Shown piece after piece: positions 51,570 to 64,000 of a stretch of 64,000 nt of DNA. Source of the stretch: Heterodontus francisci (lineage: Eukaryota); NCBI RefSeq assembly GCF_036365525.1, contig NC_090404.1:9982001-10046000 (forward strand), read 5' to 3'. The stretch's first letter is position 1; every line of letters starts with the position of its first letter. Below the pieces are notes generated by a model. It did not search any database. It saw only the letters and a list, made by a program, of their open reading frames with translations, and was not told the origin of the DNA. A program made the position numbers and the translations under genes.

Positions 51570-52730
51570 GGAACATAGAGGCATTGGAGCAGGAGTCGGC
51601 CATTCAGCCCGTTTAGCCTGCTCTGCCATTTAATTAGATAATGGCCGATCATCTACCTTAACGCCACTTTCCTGCGCTATCCTATCCAGATATCTATTAA
51701 TTTCTGTCTTGAATATGCTCAATGATTGAGCTTCCACAGCCCTCTGGGGTGGAGAATACCAAAGATTCATCACTCCCCGATCCTATCTACATCCACTCTA
51801 ACCCGCCACGTAAGAATTTTGTAAGTTTTAATGAGATCACCTTTCATTCTTCGAAACTCTAGAAAATGCAGAGTCAGGTTCTGCAATCTCCCCTCATAAG
51901 ACAATTCGACCATCGCAGGAATTAGTCTGACGAACTCCCTTTGCATTCCCTCCGTGGCAAGTGTATCCTTCCTTTGATAAGGAGCTCAAAACTGTGCACA
52001 ATACTCCAAATGCGGTCTGACCAAGGCTCTACGCAACTGCAGCAAGGCTTCCTTGTTCCTGCACTAAAAATCCCTTGCGATGAAGGCCAACATACAATTG
52101 CCTTCCTAATAGCTTGCTGCACCTGTATGCTAGCTTTCAGTTACTCGTGGACATGTACACCCAGGTCCCTTTGGCTATCAACACTTCCGAACCTCTCACC
52201 ATTTCAAAAATATTCTGTCTTTATTTTTTCTACCAAAGTGGATATCTTCACACTTATTCACATGGCATTCCTTCTGCCATGTTCTTGTCCATTCATTTAG
52301 CCTGTCCAGGTCCTCTTGAAGCCTCCTTGCATCTTCGTCACAACTTTCATGCCCAGCTAGTTTTACGTCCTTCACGAATTTGGAAATAGTACAATTGGTC
52401 CTCACATGAAAATCATTTATATAGATTGTGAACAGCTGTGGCCACAGCACTGATCCTTGCGGTGTCCCACTAGCAACAGCCTGCCGTCCTGAGAATGACC
52501 CGTTTATTCCCACTCTCTGTTTTTCTCTGTTTACCAATTCTCAACACATATCTGTATAGTTTCTCCAATCCCATCTTCTCTATACTAGCCTCCTGTGTGG
52601 GGCCTTATCAAAAGTTTTCTGTATATCCAAATACACCACATCCACTGGTTCCCTTTATCCATGCTACAGGTAATATCCTAAAAAAAACTCCAGCAGGTTT
52701 GTCAAACGTGATTTCCCTTTCATAACTCCA
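51570..52730 (-). mobile_element. Degenerate CR1 fragment
   Basis: QRVGING..SGTPQGSVLWPQLFTIYIND. Confidence 0.8.
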
Positions 52731-53200
52731 TGCATAAAGCTGTCCCATCAAACAAGGCGAGGGTTGGTACAGTACGGATGAGGTACAGTGTAAACGTCCC
52801 TCTATACTGTCCCATCAAACATTCCCAGGGCTGGTATAGCACGGGTCAGATACAGAGTAAAACTCAATCTACACTGACCCATCAAACACTCTCATGGAAG
52901 GTACAGTATGGGCTAGGTGCAAAGTAAAACTCCCGCTACACTCTTCCATCAAACACTCCCAGGGCAGGTAGAGCACGGGTTAGAAACAGAGTAAAACTCC
53001 ATCTAAACTGCCCCATCAAACACTTCCAGGGAATGTCTAACTTGAGTTAGATACAGAGTAAAGCTCTCTCTACATTGTCCCATCATATACACCCAGAGCA
53101 GGTATAGCACGGGTTAGATACAGAGTATATTTCCCTCTACACTGTCCTATGATACATTCCAAGGGCAGATACAGGAGGAGTTAGATGCGGAGTGCAGCAC
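52730..53200. repeat. 67-bp tandem repeat, about 7 copies; dispersed copies at 7225-7500, 14400-14650, 26250-26370, 35400-36060, 50950-51100, 51520-51570
   Basis: Unit ggtacagcacgggttagatacagagtaaagctccctctacactgtcccatcaaacactcccagggca, 67-nt period. Confidence 0.88.
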
Positions 53201-55772
53201 CACCATGCCTATTTAAATTGCAAAAAGAACTTCTAGCTTCCTTTAGATCTGAACAAGTGCTGCTTTCTGGAGCTTTATAATCATTTCCTGAAACTATTTG
53301 TTCTGCAAGTGAGCTCAGGAGTTGATTCAATAATTGTCTGATATTCAAAATCCTTAACCATTATCAAAACTAGTAAACACTTTTTTTGAAAGAAGTTAAG
53401 AATTAATTTACGAGCTGTTGTTTCATCAGAGCAAGGGGATCATTTATCGTTATATGTCTACTTCGAACACTTTCACCTCTTTTAGTTAGATGCTGATTAA
53501 TATTCCTTGAACATTGCGGGACAAAACAGTTCCAAATCAGATACAGGATAGTTAAGTTAGAATAAAGCCCCCTCTGCACTGTCCTATCATGCGCCGTAAG
53601 GTCAATGATAGCAATGGTTTGATGCAGTGTAAAGCTTCTGCTCGGTTAGTGAAATCTTCCCATAACATTGTCCCATTAAACGCCCGGCCCGGGTCAGAAG
53701 CAGCACAGACTTTGAAAAGATAAAAGATCCTTCAACACTTTGTCTGGAGTGCTCCTGAACTGTTCTTTCCGAATGTAACACGCTGGGATACTGTTCTCAT
53801 TTCTGGGTGACCTCCTCAAACTTAAAGTCAAACCTTCTTAAATAAATGGCACTAACTGCACTCCATGAAATACAGTCAAGTCGCACACAGTGAACAGGCG
53901 CACAGAGACAGAACAGGCACAAACGGTGCAACAATCGTGCTCTCAGCAGACAGGACTCTACAATCTGTCAATTTCAATGAAGCTGTTTGATTCTAATTGA
54001 TCCTTGTCAAGTTCTGACCGCGTCAACTCTGCTGGCTGTTTGGAATTAAACTAATGCGAACTCGAAAAACTGTCTTTGACTTGTAACAATTTCTCCCTGT
54101 CTCTGCAATCTTGAAAACCCTGTAAGATTTAGTTCCCCTGAAAACAAATTCATCAAAATAATTAACATTCAAGGTATTTGAAGTCCGTTACAAGGACTCA
54201 GTTACAGAATAAGAATTTTAAAAATCAAGATACATTTACATTGTAAACTGACTTCCCACCAGCTCGATATAATTTCATAATTAAACATAACTCTTGAAGT
54301 TGCCTGGGCAAAAATGAAGCTAATCATTAAAATCTGTGTCGAAACGCTATTGAGCTGTGCGCAGCTGAATGAGAAATGCATTGTTTTCTAAATTAATTTT
54401 ACTCGCAAGTAAAATTTCTCTCCAACCCGTGAGATTTTGCAGTCACTGTAATTCTAGCCAGCCGACAACTGAATGGTAGAACTTTATATGTGCTTGATGA
54501 ATTTATATTATATTCTAAGTTAGCATTCATATAAACTGAGGTTATACTGTTTTATAATAAAGTTAGTTAATATTAAGTTTAATCCTGTGTCTGCCTGGCA
54601 ATTTGGAACATATTAGCGCTTTAATTAAATTAACGCGACGCTGGATCAACATTAAAATACTGAATATTGCATTAATCGGCGAATACATTCAGTTAAGTAT
54701 ATTATTTTACGTAAAGTAAATCCTATTTAATTTCTCACGCTGTTCTTCTCTCTGCACCCTCGTAAACTCTGCATTTTTGAGCATAATGACACGCTTTGAA
54801 TTCTGTCTATTCTCAGAGTTTATTTCACAAAATAGTTAGGAGTGAACTAGTTTAAATAGTTCTCTATATTACCACCGAGTATTACTAATATTTTACTGCA
54901 TTATAAGAAAATGTGCAAATACTAATTTTAAACCTGTTTTTGTCTGATAACTAGCGAATTATTGGGGTTTTACAGGTTGCCACTCTCGTCTATGACTCAG
55001 TTCATTTATGGTACTCAAGCACGACACTTTATCAATATTAACATATTGCGCTTCAATCGAATAGATAAATACAAAGGGTGAATAGCATTTTCCTGAATAA
55101 AATCGCATTAAATCATTCAAAATTAACTGCGATTCTAATATCATCCTGCTCTCTACCCATTCCATGTAAATTCAGCATGCTTTTGAACAAACTGATATAG
55201 CATGAAATCCGTTTACTCTTCGAGTGTATTTCACAAAATGGAGTTAGCCATGTGCTATTTTTAAATAGCTCTGTGTAACACCGCTATCACAATAATGCAG
55301 TGTAGCATGATCTTAACTAATTTCAATATAAACTGAAAAGGACCAGGTGCACATCCAGTCACTAAAAGCATATTATTCAATGTTGGTAGATTTAGTCTCC
55401 AGTGTGTGCACTTAAATCGACTAGAAAACTAAGCACATCCCCTTCACGTTGTACATGAGGATTTGCAGGATTCAGATGTCACCCAGAATAAACAATGCAG
55501 AAATTCCAATCAGATTAATATAGGCTGGAGATTTTAAAATAACTTCGTGCACACAACATCAGCAGGTCAACAGGACTCCACATCAATTCAAGGTTAAACC
55601 CAGACGGACATCCACTGTGAAGCAGCCACTTTATTCTGTTCACAATGGGAACACAATCAAAAATAATATAGCAATGAAGCTCAGGGAACCCGCTGATTCC
55701 ACGGGATCACTTAAATAATTAATTAGCAATATAAAGCAACAGAAAAGATAAAGGCGAGTGCACGTTTCTTAC

Positions 55773-55820
55773 CTGCAGTCACTGTCACCACGGTCCCTTG
55801 TCCCCAGTCGTCAAGAGCAC
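55773..55820 (-). other. IGHJ: IgH J segment (cluster B)
   Basis: ALDDWGQGTVVTVTA G|gtaag; WGXG motif. Confidence 0.95.
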
Positions 55821-55859
55821 CACTGTGTTACATTCCCTGGGCTGGGTCACACAATAATG
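55821..55859 (+). promoter_or_regulatory. JH 23-RSS
   Basis: Reading outward from J: CACTGTG + 23 nt + acaataatg. Confidence 0.8.
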
Positions 55860-56187
55860 TGTTCTGCACAAAATGGAGAAAATGAACCAGTATTTTATAT
55901 ATCAACACTCCATAACTAAAGTACAGGCATAATAAATTTCCAATGTATTATTAATGTATCAGTGGATTAATTTTCTTGTTTAGACATTGGTTTGTTCTCA
56001 TCTGTTGTTCATACTGAACGGTTCTTACAATCAACAACTGATTCATGAATGATTCTCTACGTTTCCTCTCCCTTAAACCCTGTGAACATTTCAGTTCTAG
56101 TTCACAATATAAACATTACCTCACTACATACACAGTGAACTTGTACCGGCGACCACCGATCCAGGCTGAGGCAATTAGTGCTGATGT

Positions 56188-56215
56188 GGTTTTTGCATTG
56201 ACAGTTAGTACTGTG
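56188..56215 (-). promoter_or_regulatory. 12-RSS directly after VH-D
   Basis: CACAGTA + ctaactgtcaat (12) + GCAAAAACC. Confidence 0.9.
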
Positions 56216-56518
56216 CCACCTGTCTTGCACAATAATAGATGGCGGTGTCTTCAGTCTTTAGACTATTCATCTCAATGTAGGTTGTGGAAGATTTAGTTGA
56301 AAAAGTGATTCGACCTTGAACGCCAGGCGCGTAATAAGTGTTGTATCCTGTCCTATAAGCGAGTAACCACTCCAGTCCTTTCCCGAAGAACTACCTAAAC
56401 CAGTGCATATGGTTGTCATTGATATTGTACCCACTCACAGCACAGGACAGTTTAAGGGAGTCACCAATTTTTTTGGAGATGGAATCCGGCTGCGTCAGTG
56501 TAATGCTGGCCTGGACGC
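56216..56518 (-). pseudogene. IGHV: Divergent VH exon, germline-joined to a D remnant; TAG in FR2
   Basis: [97 protein letters not shown]-caggtgg; stop at 56391-56393; missed by the ORF track. Confidence 0.92.
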
Positions 56519-56636
56519 CTGTTAGTGAACAAAATAAAACACACCTCAGTTAAAAAGATGCATTTCAAAAAGGCAGCAAAACGTGCCAATATATTTCAAA
56601 TAGACCAGGAGTGATCGCTTCAGACGAAATACTCAC

Positions 56637-56685
56637 AGCTAAAGGTGGCTAGAACCAAAAGGCCGTACATGGAAAGGGCCATCAT
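56637..56685 (-). pseudogene. IGHV: VH leader exon
   Basis: MMALSMYGLLVLATFS T|gtgagt, 49 nt, in phase with V; TATA-like tttaaata near 56772-56779. Confidence 0.85.
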
Positions 56686-57829
56686 TTTATTTCTCGGTAG
56701 AATTTTTCCAAACTGTACAAGGACTCCCCGCCACGTCCTCCCGATTGTTAACTTCAAGCTAAACCGTTCGCTATTTAAACTGGCTGGAGCCCACTGTGAA
56801 CCTCCTCTATCAGTAACCCGACTCCTCCTCTGTTTCCTGTCTCAGCCCCACTGTTTAATTAGTGGTAAAAATTAGCCACCAATAATCCATGTTTGTGTAT
56901 CCTCCCTAAAATTATGCACATCTTATTTTTATATCAATGATCACGATCATACAACTGATTTGGACTAGAATTTGTTATAATTAAAACAAGTGACAGGATA
57001 GCCACCTTTCCCAAGTTATCCCAGATTCCATGGGCGGGAGATTCGGTGTTATTGAACAGAATGAGAAAGGCAGAAAAGCTGATTATGTGTAGGTCATAGA
57101 GCGAATGTGTTGGAAAATGGCCCATTTATAGTCAGATATCTCTGTGCAGCTCTGAAATGAACGAACACTCCCATTCCCTGTCCTAAATCAAGCTTTGATC
57201 GTGGTCCCGCTGTCAGCAATTCAATAATTCATTCACATTGAACAGTTGTGATTTGCACAATGTGGACCCGTTTGTGTAAGTACAGGAGTCTGTAGAGTTT
57301 GTCCGAATTCGGCTCAGTGAGAATTACATTCACCGTCATCCTAAATGAACATTCTCCTCTAACGTGATCCTTTAACATGATGGCAAAGGCGAGGCTAATC
57401 TCCACAACACTACGGATTAAACAGCATTTATAAATGAGCATAAACCAAAGGTAGAAGTTACACTTGGACTATTAAGTGCACGTCAATTTCAAACTCGTGC
57501 TAGATAAGTGCAAATATTGCATCTGAGGATTTATTTAAATGTCAGCTTTTTGATCCGTGAATCATTGTTGGAATTAAGACCCGTTTTGTGGTAAAACCGC
57601 GAGCTTCTTTCAGAAGTTATGAAAAGCGAAACAGCTATTCACTTTCAAACAATCTGTCTCCTTCACAGATACAGGTTCAACTGAAGCATTCAAAAGGGAA
57701 TTAGACAGTTATATGAAGAGGAAAATGTGCAAGGTTATGGGGAGAAGGCAGGGGAATGGGACTGAGAGCCAGTGCGGACACGATGGGCCGAATGACCTCC
57801 TTCTGCGCTGTAGCAATTCTGTGATTCTG

Positions 57830-58570
57830 AGTGCGTTGGAATAGTTAAGTCTAGAGGTAACAGAGGCATGAATGAATGTTTCGGCAGCAGATGAGCTGAG
57901 ACGGGGCAAAGTTGCATGACGGAGGTGGCCTTAGTGTTGACATGAGTATGATGTCGGAAGCTCATCTCGGGTTCAAGGTTCTGAACAGAGAGGCTTAATC
58001 TCACTCTGTTTTCAGGCAGAGGGATGGAGTCGGTAGCTAGGGAACCAGGTTTGCAGTGTGGACCAAAAACAATGGCTACGATCGTCCCAACATTTAACTT
58101 GAGAAAATTTCTGCTCGTCCAGTACTGGTTGTTGGAGAAGCAGTCTGATAATTTAGCGACAATGGAGGAGTCAACATAAGTGGTGGTGAGGTAGAGCTGG
58201 CTATCGTCAGCATACATGTGAAAGCTAATACACAGCTTTCGGATAATGTCACTGAGGGGCAGCATGTCGACGAGAAATAGGAGGGGGCACAGGATAGATC
58301 CTCGGGGAGCACCAGAAGTAACGGTGCGTGAGCAGGAAGAGAAGACATTGAAAGCGATACTCTAGCTAAGGTTAGATAGATAAGAATGGAGCCAGGTGAT
58401 AGCAGTCCCAACCAACTAGAAGAAAGCGGAGAGGCGTTGGAGGAGGGTGGTGTGGTCAACCGTGTCAAAGGCTGCAGACAGATTGAGAAGGATGAGGAGG
58501 AAAGTTTAGCTTTGTCACAGTCACATAGGATGTCCTTTGTAACTTTGATCAGAGCTGTTTCGGCACTCGC
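57830..58570 (-). mobile_element. L2 LINE RT fragment
   Basis: SAETALIKV..DIL, FHMYADDSQLYL. Confidence 0.85.
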
Positions 58571-60429
58571 ACAGGCACACATGGAGGCACAAACGCACAG
58601 ATGGAAACACGTACCGGTACACACACAGATACTTACAACACGTTTGTATTTCAACCTGTTGTAAATTAAATGCAAAACCTGCATTGTGTCCATTCGCATT
58701 ATTGTGATTTTTAAAAAACTGCTAACTTTATAACAGAAATAAATCAGCGCGACGCAGTTTCCATTCTGTGAATTTAAGGTACATGCTGAGGTCATAAATG
58801 GACAAATAAATTATAGGTCTGTGTGTGTTTGTGAGTTCAATGTTAAATATAATGATAAAACATAATAAATAGGAGCATGTGTAGACCGTATGGCCCATCT
58901 AGCCTGTTCCACCATTCAATATGGTAATAGCTGATGTGACATGAATTGAGGCTGTATTATAGCCAAACCTGCATCTCAGTTTGGAACTAGAAATGCCAGT
59001 CTTATTAATTCAGTTGTTAAAGTGTGAAATCGATGTTGTCCCTGTCCGAATTCAGATCACTTGTCCCACCGGCTTTTGGCAGCGTCACAGATGGGGCAGA
59101 GATTCTGATTGACAGGAACCACTTGGGGATCTGCTCAGCGAATCAATGAGCTCTTTCCCAGCTACTGACCGCAGACCTACAAGTTGCCCTCAACTGCTCC
59201 CTCTGCTCTCATTGTCAACGATTCTGTCCAGCAACCTTATCTTGACAATGCTCAAACAGCTTTGGCTACATTGAAAATATTTTAAATATTATCAGTGATT
59301 GACATCGAAAAAATTGAATAAAACGCAGGTACAATTGCTTCTATCCACGAGGGAAAGAAAGGCCAGATCCTATCAGGCAACTGCAGCAGTCAAGAACTGG
59401 ATCAGTCAGCTGTCGGGAAAAGAAAAAATTCCACAGTAGCTGTAATGGGACATTGTAGACCCAGCTTAAATGTGTGTGCAAGTGATAGAGAAAGAAACAC
59501 AGAGAGAAAAAGACAGACAATCGAAAGATGACAGGTAGATAGAGAGAGGGGATTGAATAAATAAATACATAATGAAATCAATAAACGCATCAATACATAG
59601 TACACATATAGTAGAAATACTTGCATTTGTATAGCAATAATCTGCGGACAGCTGAAGCGTTTTACAATCATTTAACTAGTTTGAAGCGTAGACTCAGTTC
59701 TAATGTTGATAACGTATTAGATTGTGCGCTTAACTCGCGATATAACTAAATAAATATATAAACAAATAGAGAAGGATAGGTGAAACATTAAATGAAGAAA
59801 TAAGCCAATTAATCAATAAATCGATATATAAAGCCGTATTTCTCGTCGTAAAGGTAGGTGAATGGATTGATGGAATTATATTGGCCTGGGTGCATGAACG
59901 GATGGATATATGAACAGGCTGATGGGTGGAAGAAGTGAGTTTGGGATGATTAGATGAATGGATGAACAGACGGATGGATGGACTGATGGATGATGGAGGA
60001 TGTTATGAATAATGGATTGGTGAATGGATCTGTAGTATATTTGTGGAATCGTGCGGTGATCAATTGAGAACAAAGAGCGGAGACTGGTGGAAAGCTACTT
60101 TGGCGTGATTTAATTCCATTTCCAACTGAATATTGCAAACAGCAGCCTCGCCTTGGTAATGAAATGCTCAGCATATATTGCTTTCTAAACACGCAAAAAA
60201 ATGAGTTATCAATACATGTTAACGGTATTAAACGATCTGCTGTTACTTTTAATAAAAGAAAGTAAAGGACTGAAAAATAAGTGGTGAACATGATCATTTA
60301 TCCTTGAAGAAGTCACTTGTAATCATTAGGAAAAATGGGTTTGTACAAACATACATCTACTTAGATTTGTGAGTGCTCTTTTCAGTTGTTCCTCTTAACT
60401 GGAATTCTATTAGCATGTCGGACATGAGG

Positions 60430-61010
60430 ACCATTTGACAGCTGGCTATATTCCACGACTCCATGACACGATTCTCTGTCTCAATTATTAATGCACTAAG
60501 CTCCGTTGTAACTCCACTAAATCATGTCTCTGGTTAGATTAGAGTAGGCCGTGCCTCTGTTATACTGCTCTAGACCCCATCTGTGTTTCTATTTCATCGG
60601 CTCTATCTCAGTTGCTATACCCTAGACGATGTCTCTGTTTATATTGCATTACACGTTATTTCAATTTTAACTGCACTAGAGAATGTCTCTGTTTATATTA
60701 CTGCACGCCTAGGAACCTGGTTCAGTTTATAATACACTAGATCCTGTCTCACTTCGAACTGCACTTGACCATGGCTCCGTATATATTACACCAGACCCAA
60801 GACACGTTTATGTTGAAATAGGCCTGTCTTAGTTATGATTTCGTAGACTACATCTTTCTATGTTTATACTGCACGACATCTTGACGCAGTTATTGCTGTG
60901 CATGACCACGTCTCTGTTTAGATTACAACGTATCTAGCCTCAGTTTTTACTGCGATAGAGCATGTCTCTGTTTATATTACACTAGGCTCTGACTCTGTTA
61001 CATCATAGTA
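60430..61010. repeat. Degenerate ~30-bp tandem repeat
   Basis: Recurring tgtctctgtttatattgcactagac. Confidence 0.7.
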
Positions 61011-63800
61011 GATTTGGGAGTGCAGGGCACAATTTTAAAGTTTGCTGATAACGCCAAGCTTGTAAGTATTGTGAATTGTGAGGGGGATAGTGATTGACTC
61101 CGAGAGGACATAGACAGGCTGGCGGTATGGGCCGACGAGAAGCAGAAATTGAATGCAGAGAAGTGTGAAGTCAAACATTTTGGTAGGAAGAACAGGGAGA
61201 GGTAATATCAAGTCAAGGATACAACTCTAAAAGGGGTGCATGAGCAGAGGGACCGGGGGTATACCTGCACAAGTCGTTGAAGGAAGCAGGGAAGGCTGAG
61301 AAAGTCGTTAATAAGGCATGCTGGGCTTGAAAAATCAAGACCTAGAACGCAAAAGCAAGGGCATTATAGTAAACGTTTATGCAACACTGGTTCTGTCTCA
61401 ACTGGAGTATTTTGCTCAGTTCTGGGCGTCACACTTTAAGAAGGATGTGAAGGCAGGGATGAGGGTGCAGAAAGGACTTGCGAGAATGGTTGTAGGGATG
61501 AAGGACATCAGTTACCTGGATAGATTGGAGAAGCTGGGGCTGTTCACTTTGGGGAAGAGAAGGTTGAATCATAGAATCATAGAAATTTTAAGGCACAGAA
61601 AGAGGCCACTTAACCCATCTTGTCTGTGCTAGCCGAAAAACGATTCACCTATTCTAATCCCACCTTCCAGCATTTGGTCTGTAGCCCTGCAGATGATGGC
61701 ACTTGAAGTGCATATCCAGACTCCTTTTGAATAAGTTGAGGGTTTCTGCCTCAACTATCCTTTCTATCAGTGAATTACAGACTCCCACCACCCTCTGGGT
61801 GAATGTTTTTCTCATCTCCCCTCTAATTTGTGACCAAGCATTCAAATCTATGCCCCCTCGTCACTGACCTCTCTGCTAAGCTGAATAGACCTTTCACCTC
61901 CACTCTATCCAGGCCCCTCAAAATTTTGTCCCTTTCATCAGATCTCTACTCAGCCTTCTCTGTCCCAAGGGGAACATCCCCAGTCTCTATAATCTTTCCT
62001 CATCGCTGCATTTTTCCAGTCCTGACAACATCCTCGTAAATCACCTGTATACCCTCTCTCGTGCAATTACGAACTTTCTGTAATATGGTGACCAGAACTG
62101 CACACAGTACTCAAGTTGTGGCCTAACCAATGAGTTATGCAGTTCCAGCATAACCTCCCTACTCTTATATTCTATAGCTCGGTAATAAAGGAAAGGATTC
62201 CATATGCCTTCTTAACCACCTTATCGACCTGTCCTGCTACCTTCAGGGATCTATGGACATTCGCTCCAAGGTCCTTCACTTCCTCTACACCTCTCAGTAT
62301 TTTCCCATTTTCCCCAAATGCATCACCTCACACTTCTCCAGGTTGAATTCCATTTGCCACTTTTCTGCCCATCTGACCAGACCATCAATATCTTCCTGCA
62401 GCCTACAGCTATCCTCCTCACTATCTACCACATGGCCAATCTTTGTTTTGTCTGCAAATTTCTTGATCATGTCCCCTACATTTACGTCCAATCGTTCATC
62501 TATACGACAAAAAGCAGAGAACCCAGTACTGAGCCCTGCGGAGCACCACTGGAAATAACCCTCCAGTCGCTGAAACAGCCGTCAACAATTACCCTTTGAT
62601 TCCTGCCACTGAGTCAATTTTGTATCCTCCTTTTTCCACATGCTGTAGCTTCACCAGGTTGGCACCTCATTTTGAGGTATGCCTGGTGCTGGCATGGCCT
62701 GGTCTCCTGCACTGATCATTGACCAGGGTTGATCCCCTGGCTTGGTAGTAATCCTGGAGTGTGGGAAATGCCGGGCCATGAGGTTACAAATTGTGGTTTA
62801 ATACAATTCTGCTGCCGCTGATGGCCCACAGCATCTCATGGATGCCGAGGGTTGAGCTGCTAGATCTGTTCTAAATCTATCCCATTTAGCACGGTAGTGA
62901 TGCCACACAACATGATTGAGGGTATCCTCAGTGTGAAGATGGGACTTCATTTCCACAAGAACTGTGCAGTGGTCAATCCTACCAGTACCATGATGGACAT
63001 ATGCATCTGAGACAGGTAGATTAGTGACTGCGAGGTCAAGTAGGCTTTTTCCCTCTTGTTGGTTCCCTCACCATCTGACACATCCCAGTCTGGCAAATAT
63101 GTCCTTCATGATTCGGCCAGTTTGTTTGGAAGTGGTGCTACTGAACCACTCTTGGTGATAGAAATTGGAGTCCCCCACCCAGACTGCATTCAGTGCCCTT
63201 GCCACCCTCAGTGCTGCTCTATGCAGAGTTCAATCTGGTGGAGTAATGATTCATCAGCTGAGGGAGGGCGGTAGGTGATAATCAGCAGGTGGTTTCCTTG
63301 CCAATTTCTGACCTGATGCCAAGAGACTTAAATGGATCCAGAGCCAACGTTGAGGGCAAGTCCCTCCCGATGGTATAACACTGTGCAGCCACCACTCGTG
63401 GCCGATGGGACAGGACATATCCAGGGATGGTGATAGAGGAATCTGGGACATTGACTGCAAGCAATGATTATGGGTGAGTATGACTATATCAAGATACTGC
63501 TTTATTAGTCTGTGGGAAAGTTCCCCCAATTTTGGCACAGGTCCCCAGATGTTCGTAAAGAAGACTTTGCAGGGTCGACAGGGCAGGATATGTCGGTGTT
63601 GGTTCCGGTGTCTACGTCGATGCTGTGTGGTCCAACTATGTGTTTATTTTTTACTTTTTTGTAGTAGTTTAATACAACTGAGTAGCTAGGCCCGGTCAGA
63701 GGGCAGTTAAGCATCAAGCATATTGCTGTGGGTCTGGCGTCACATGTAGGCCAGACCAGGTAAGTACGGCAGATTTCCTTCCCTGAAGGACATTAGTGAG
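61010..63800. mobile_element. Cluster of degenerate CR1/L2 fragments in both orientations
   Basis: KFADN..(+) 61010-61570; KFADKTK..WAEKWQMEFN (-) 61570-62630; endonuclease remnants (-) to 63800. Confidence 0.75.
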
Positions 63801-64000
63801 CCTCTCTCAGTTATTATTGCACTAGACCATGCCCCTGGATGACATCATGGCTGATCCATATCTTAAATCTATCGACCCACATGTGGTCCGTAGCCTTGAA
63901 TACTCTGTCTAAACAAAGATCTGACAATCACTGTCGCAAATCAATCAGTAACAATGCCTTACCTTTTGAAGCTTTCTCTTTTTGAAGGGATTTGCTAGAG

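Noticed and set aside
52730-53200. CRISPR-like array
   Set aside because: Head-to-tail degenerate units with no unique spacers; vertebrate DNA.
45052-55772. Switch region or intronic enhancer in the 10.7 kb J-C-mu intron
   Set aside because: No AGCT/GAGCT array. The 67-bp repeat is dispersed elsewhere in the window, and scattered E-boxes are not enough.
56131-56137. CACAGTG between VH and JH as a possible D segment RSS
   Set aside because: No nonamer at 12 or 23 nt in either direction and no partner heptamer.

Overview
Eukaryotic genomic DNA from a cartilaginous fish. The C-mu proteins match horn shark (Heterodontus) IgM as I recall it; no search was run. The window holds two IgM heavy-chain clusters facing tail-to-tail. 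The + strand cluster contributes CH3, CH4 with secretory tail, TM1 and TM2, all intact in the visible part. The - strand cluster is complete (leader, germline-joined VH-D with a 12-RSS, JH with a 23-RSS, CH1-CH4, TM1/TM2) but is a pseudogene: stop in V FR2, +1 in CH1, -8 in CH4. The two clusters and their 3' flanks form an old inverted duplication (about 0.8-14.5 kb vs 26.2-41.1 kb). The ~12 kb spacer carries five T-cell receptor alpha/delta-type V segments (one fully intact with a near-consensus 23-RSS), a Bcl-2-like fragment lacking the BH1 core, an RTE retroelement and a Tx1 ORF1. The rest is mostly CR1/L2 LINEs, SINEs, Penelope elements with hammerhead-ribozyme motifs, and tandem repeats. 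Exon and RSS boundaries were read by hand from splice and RSS motifs; repeat boundaries are approximate.
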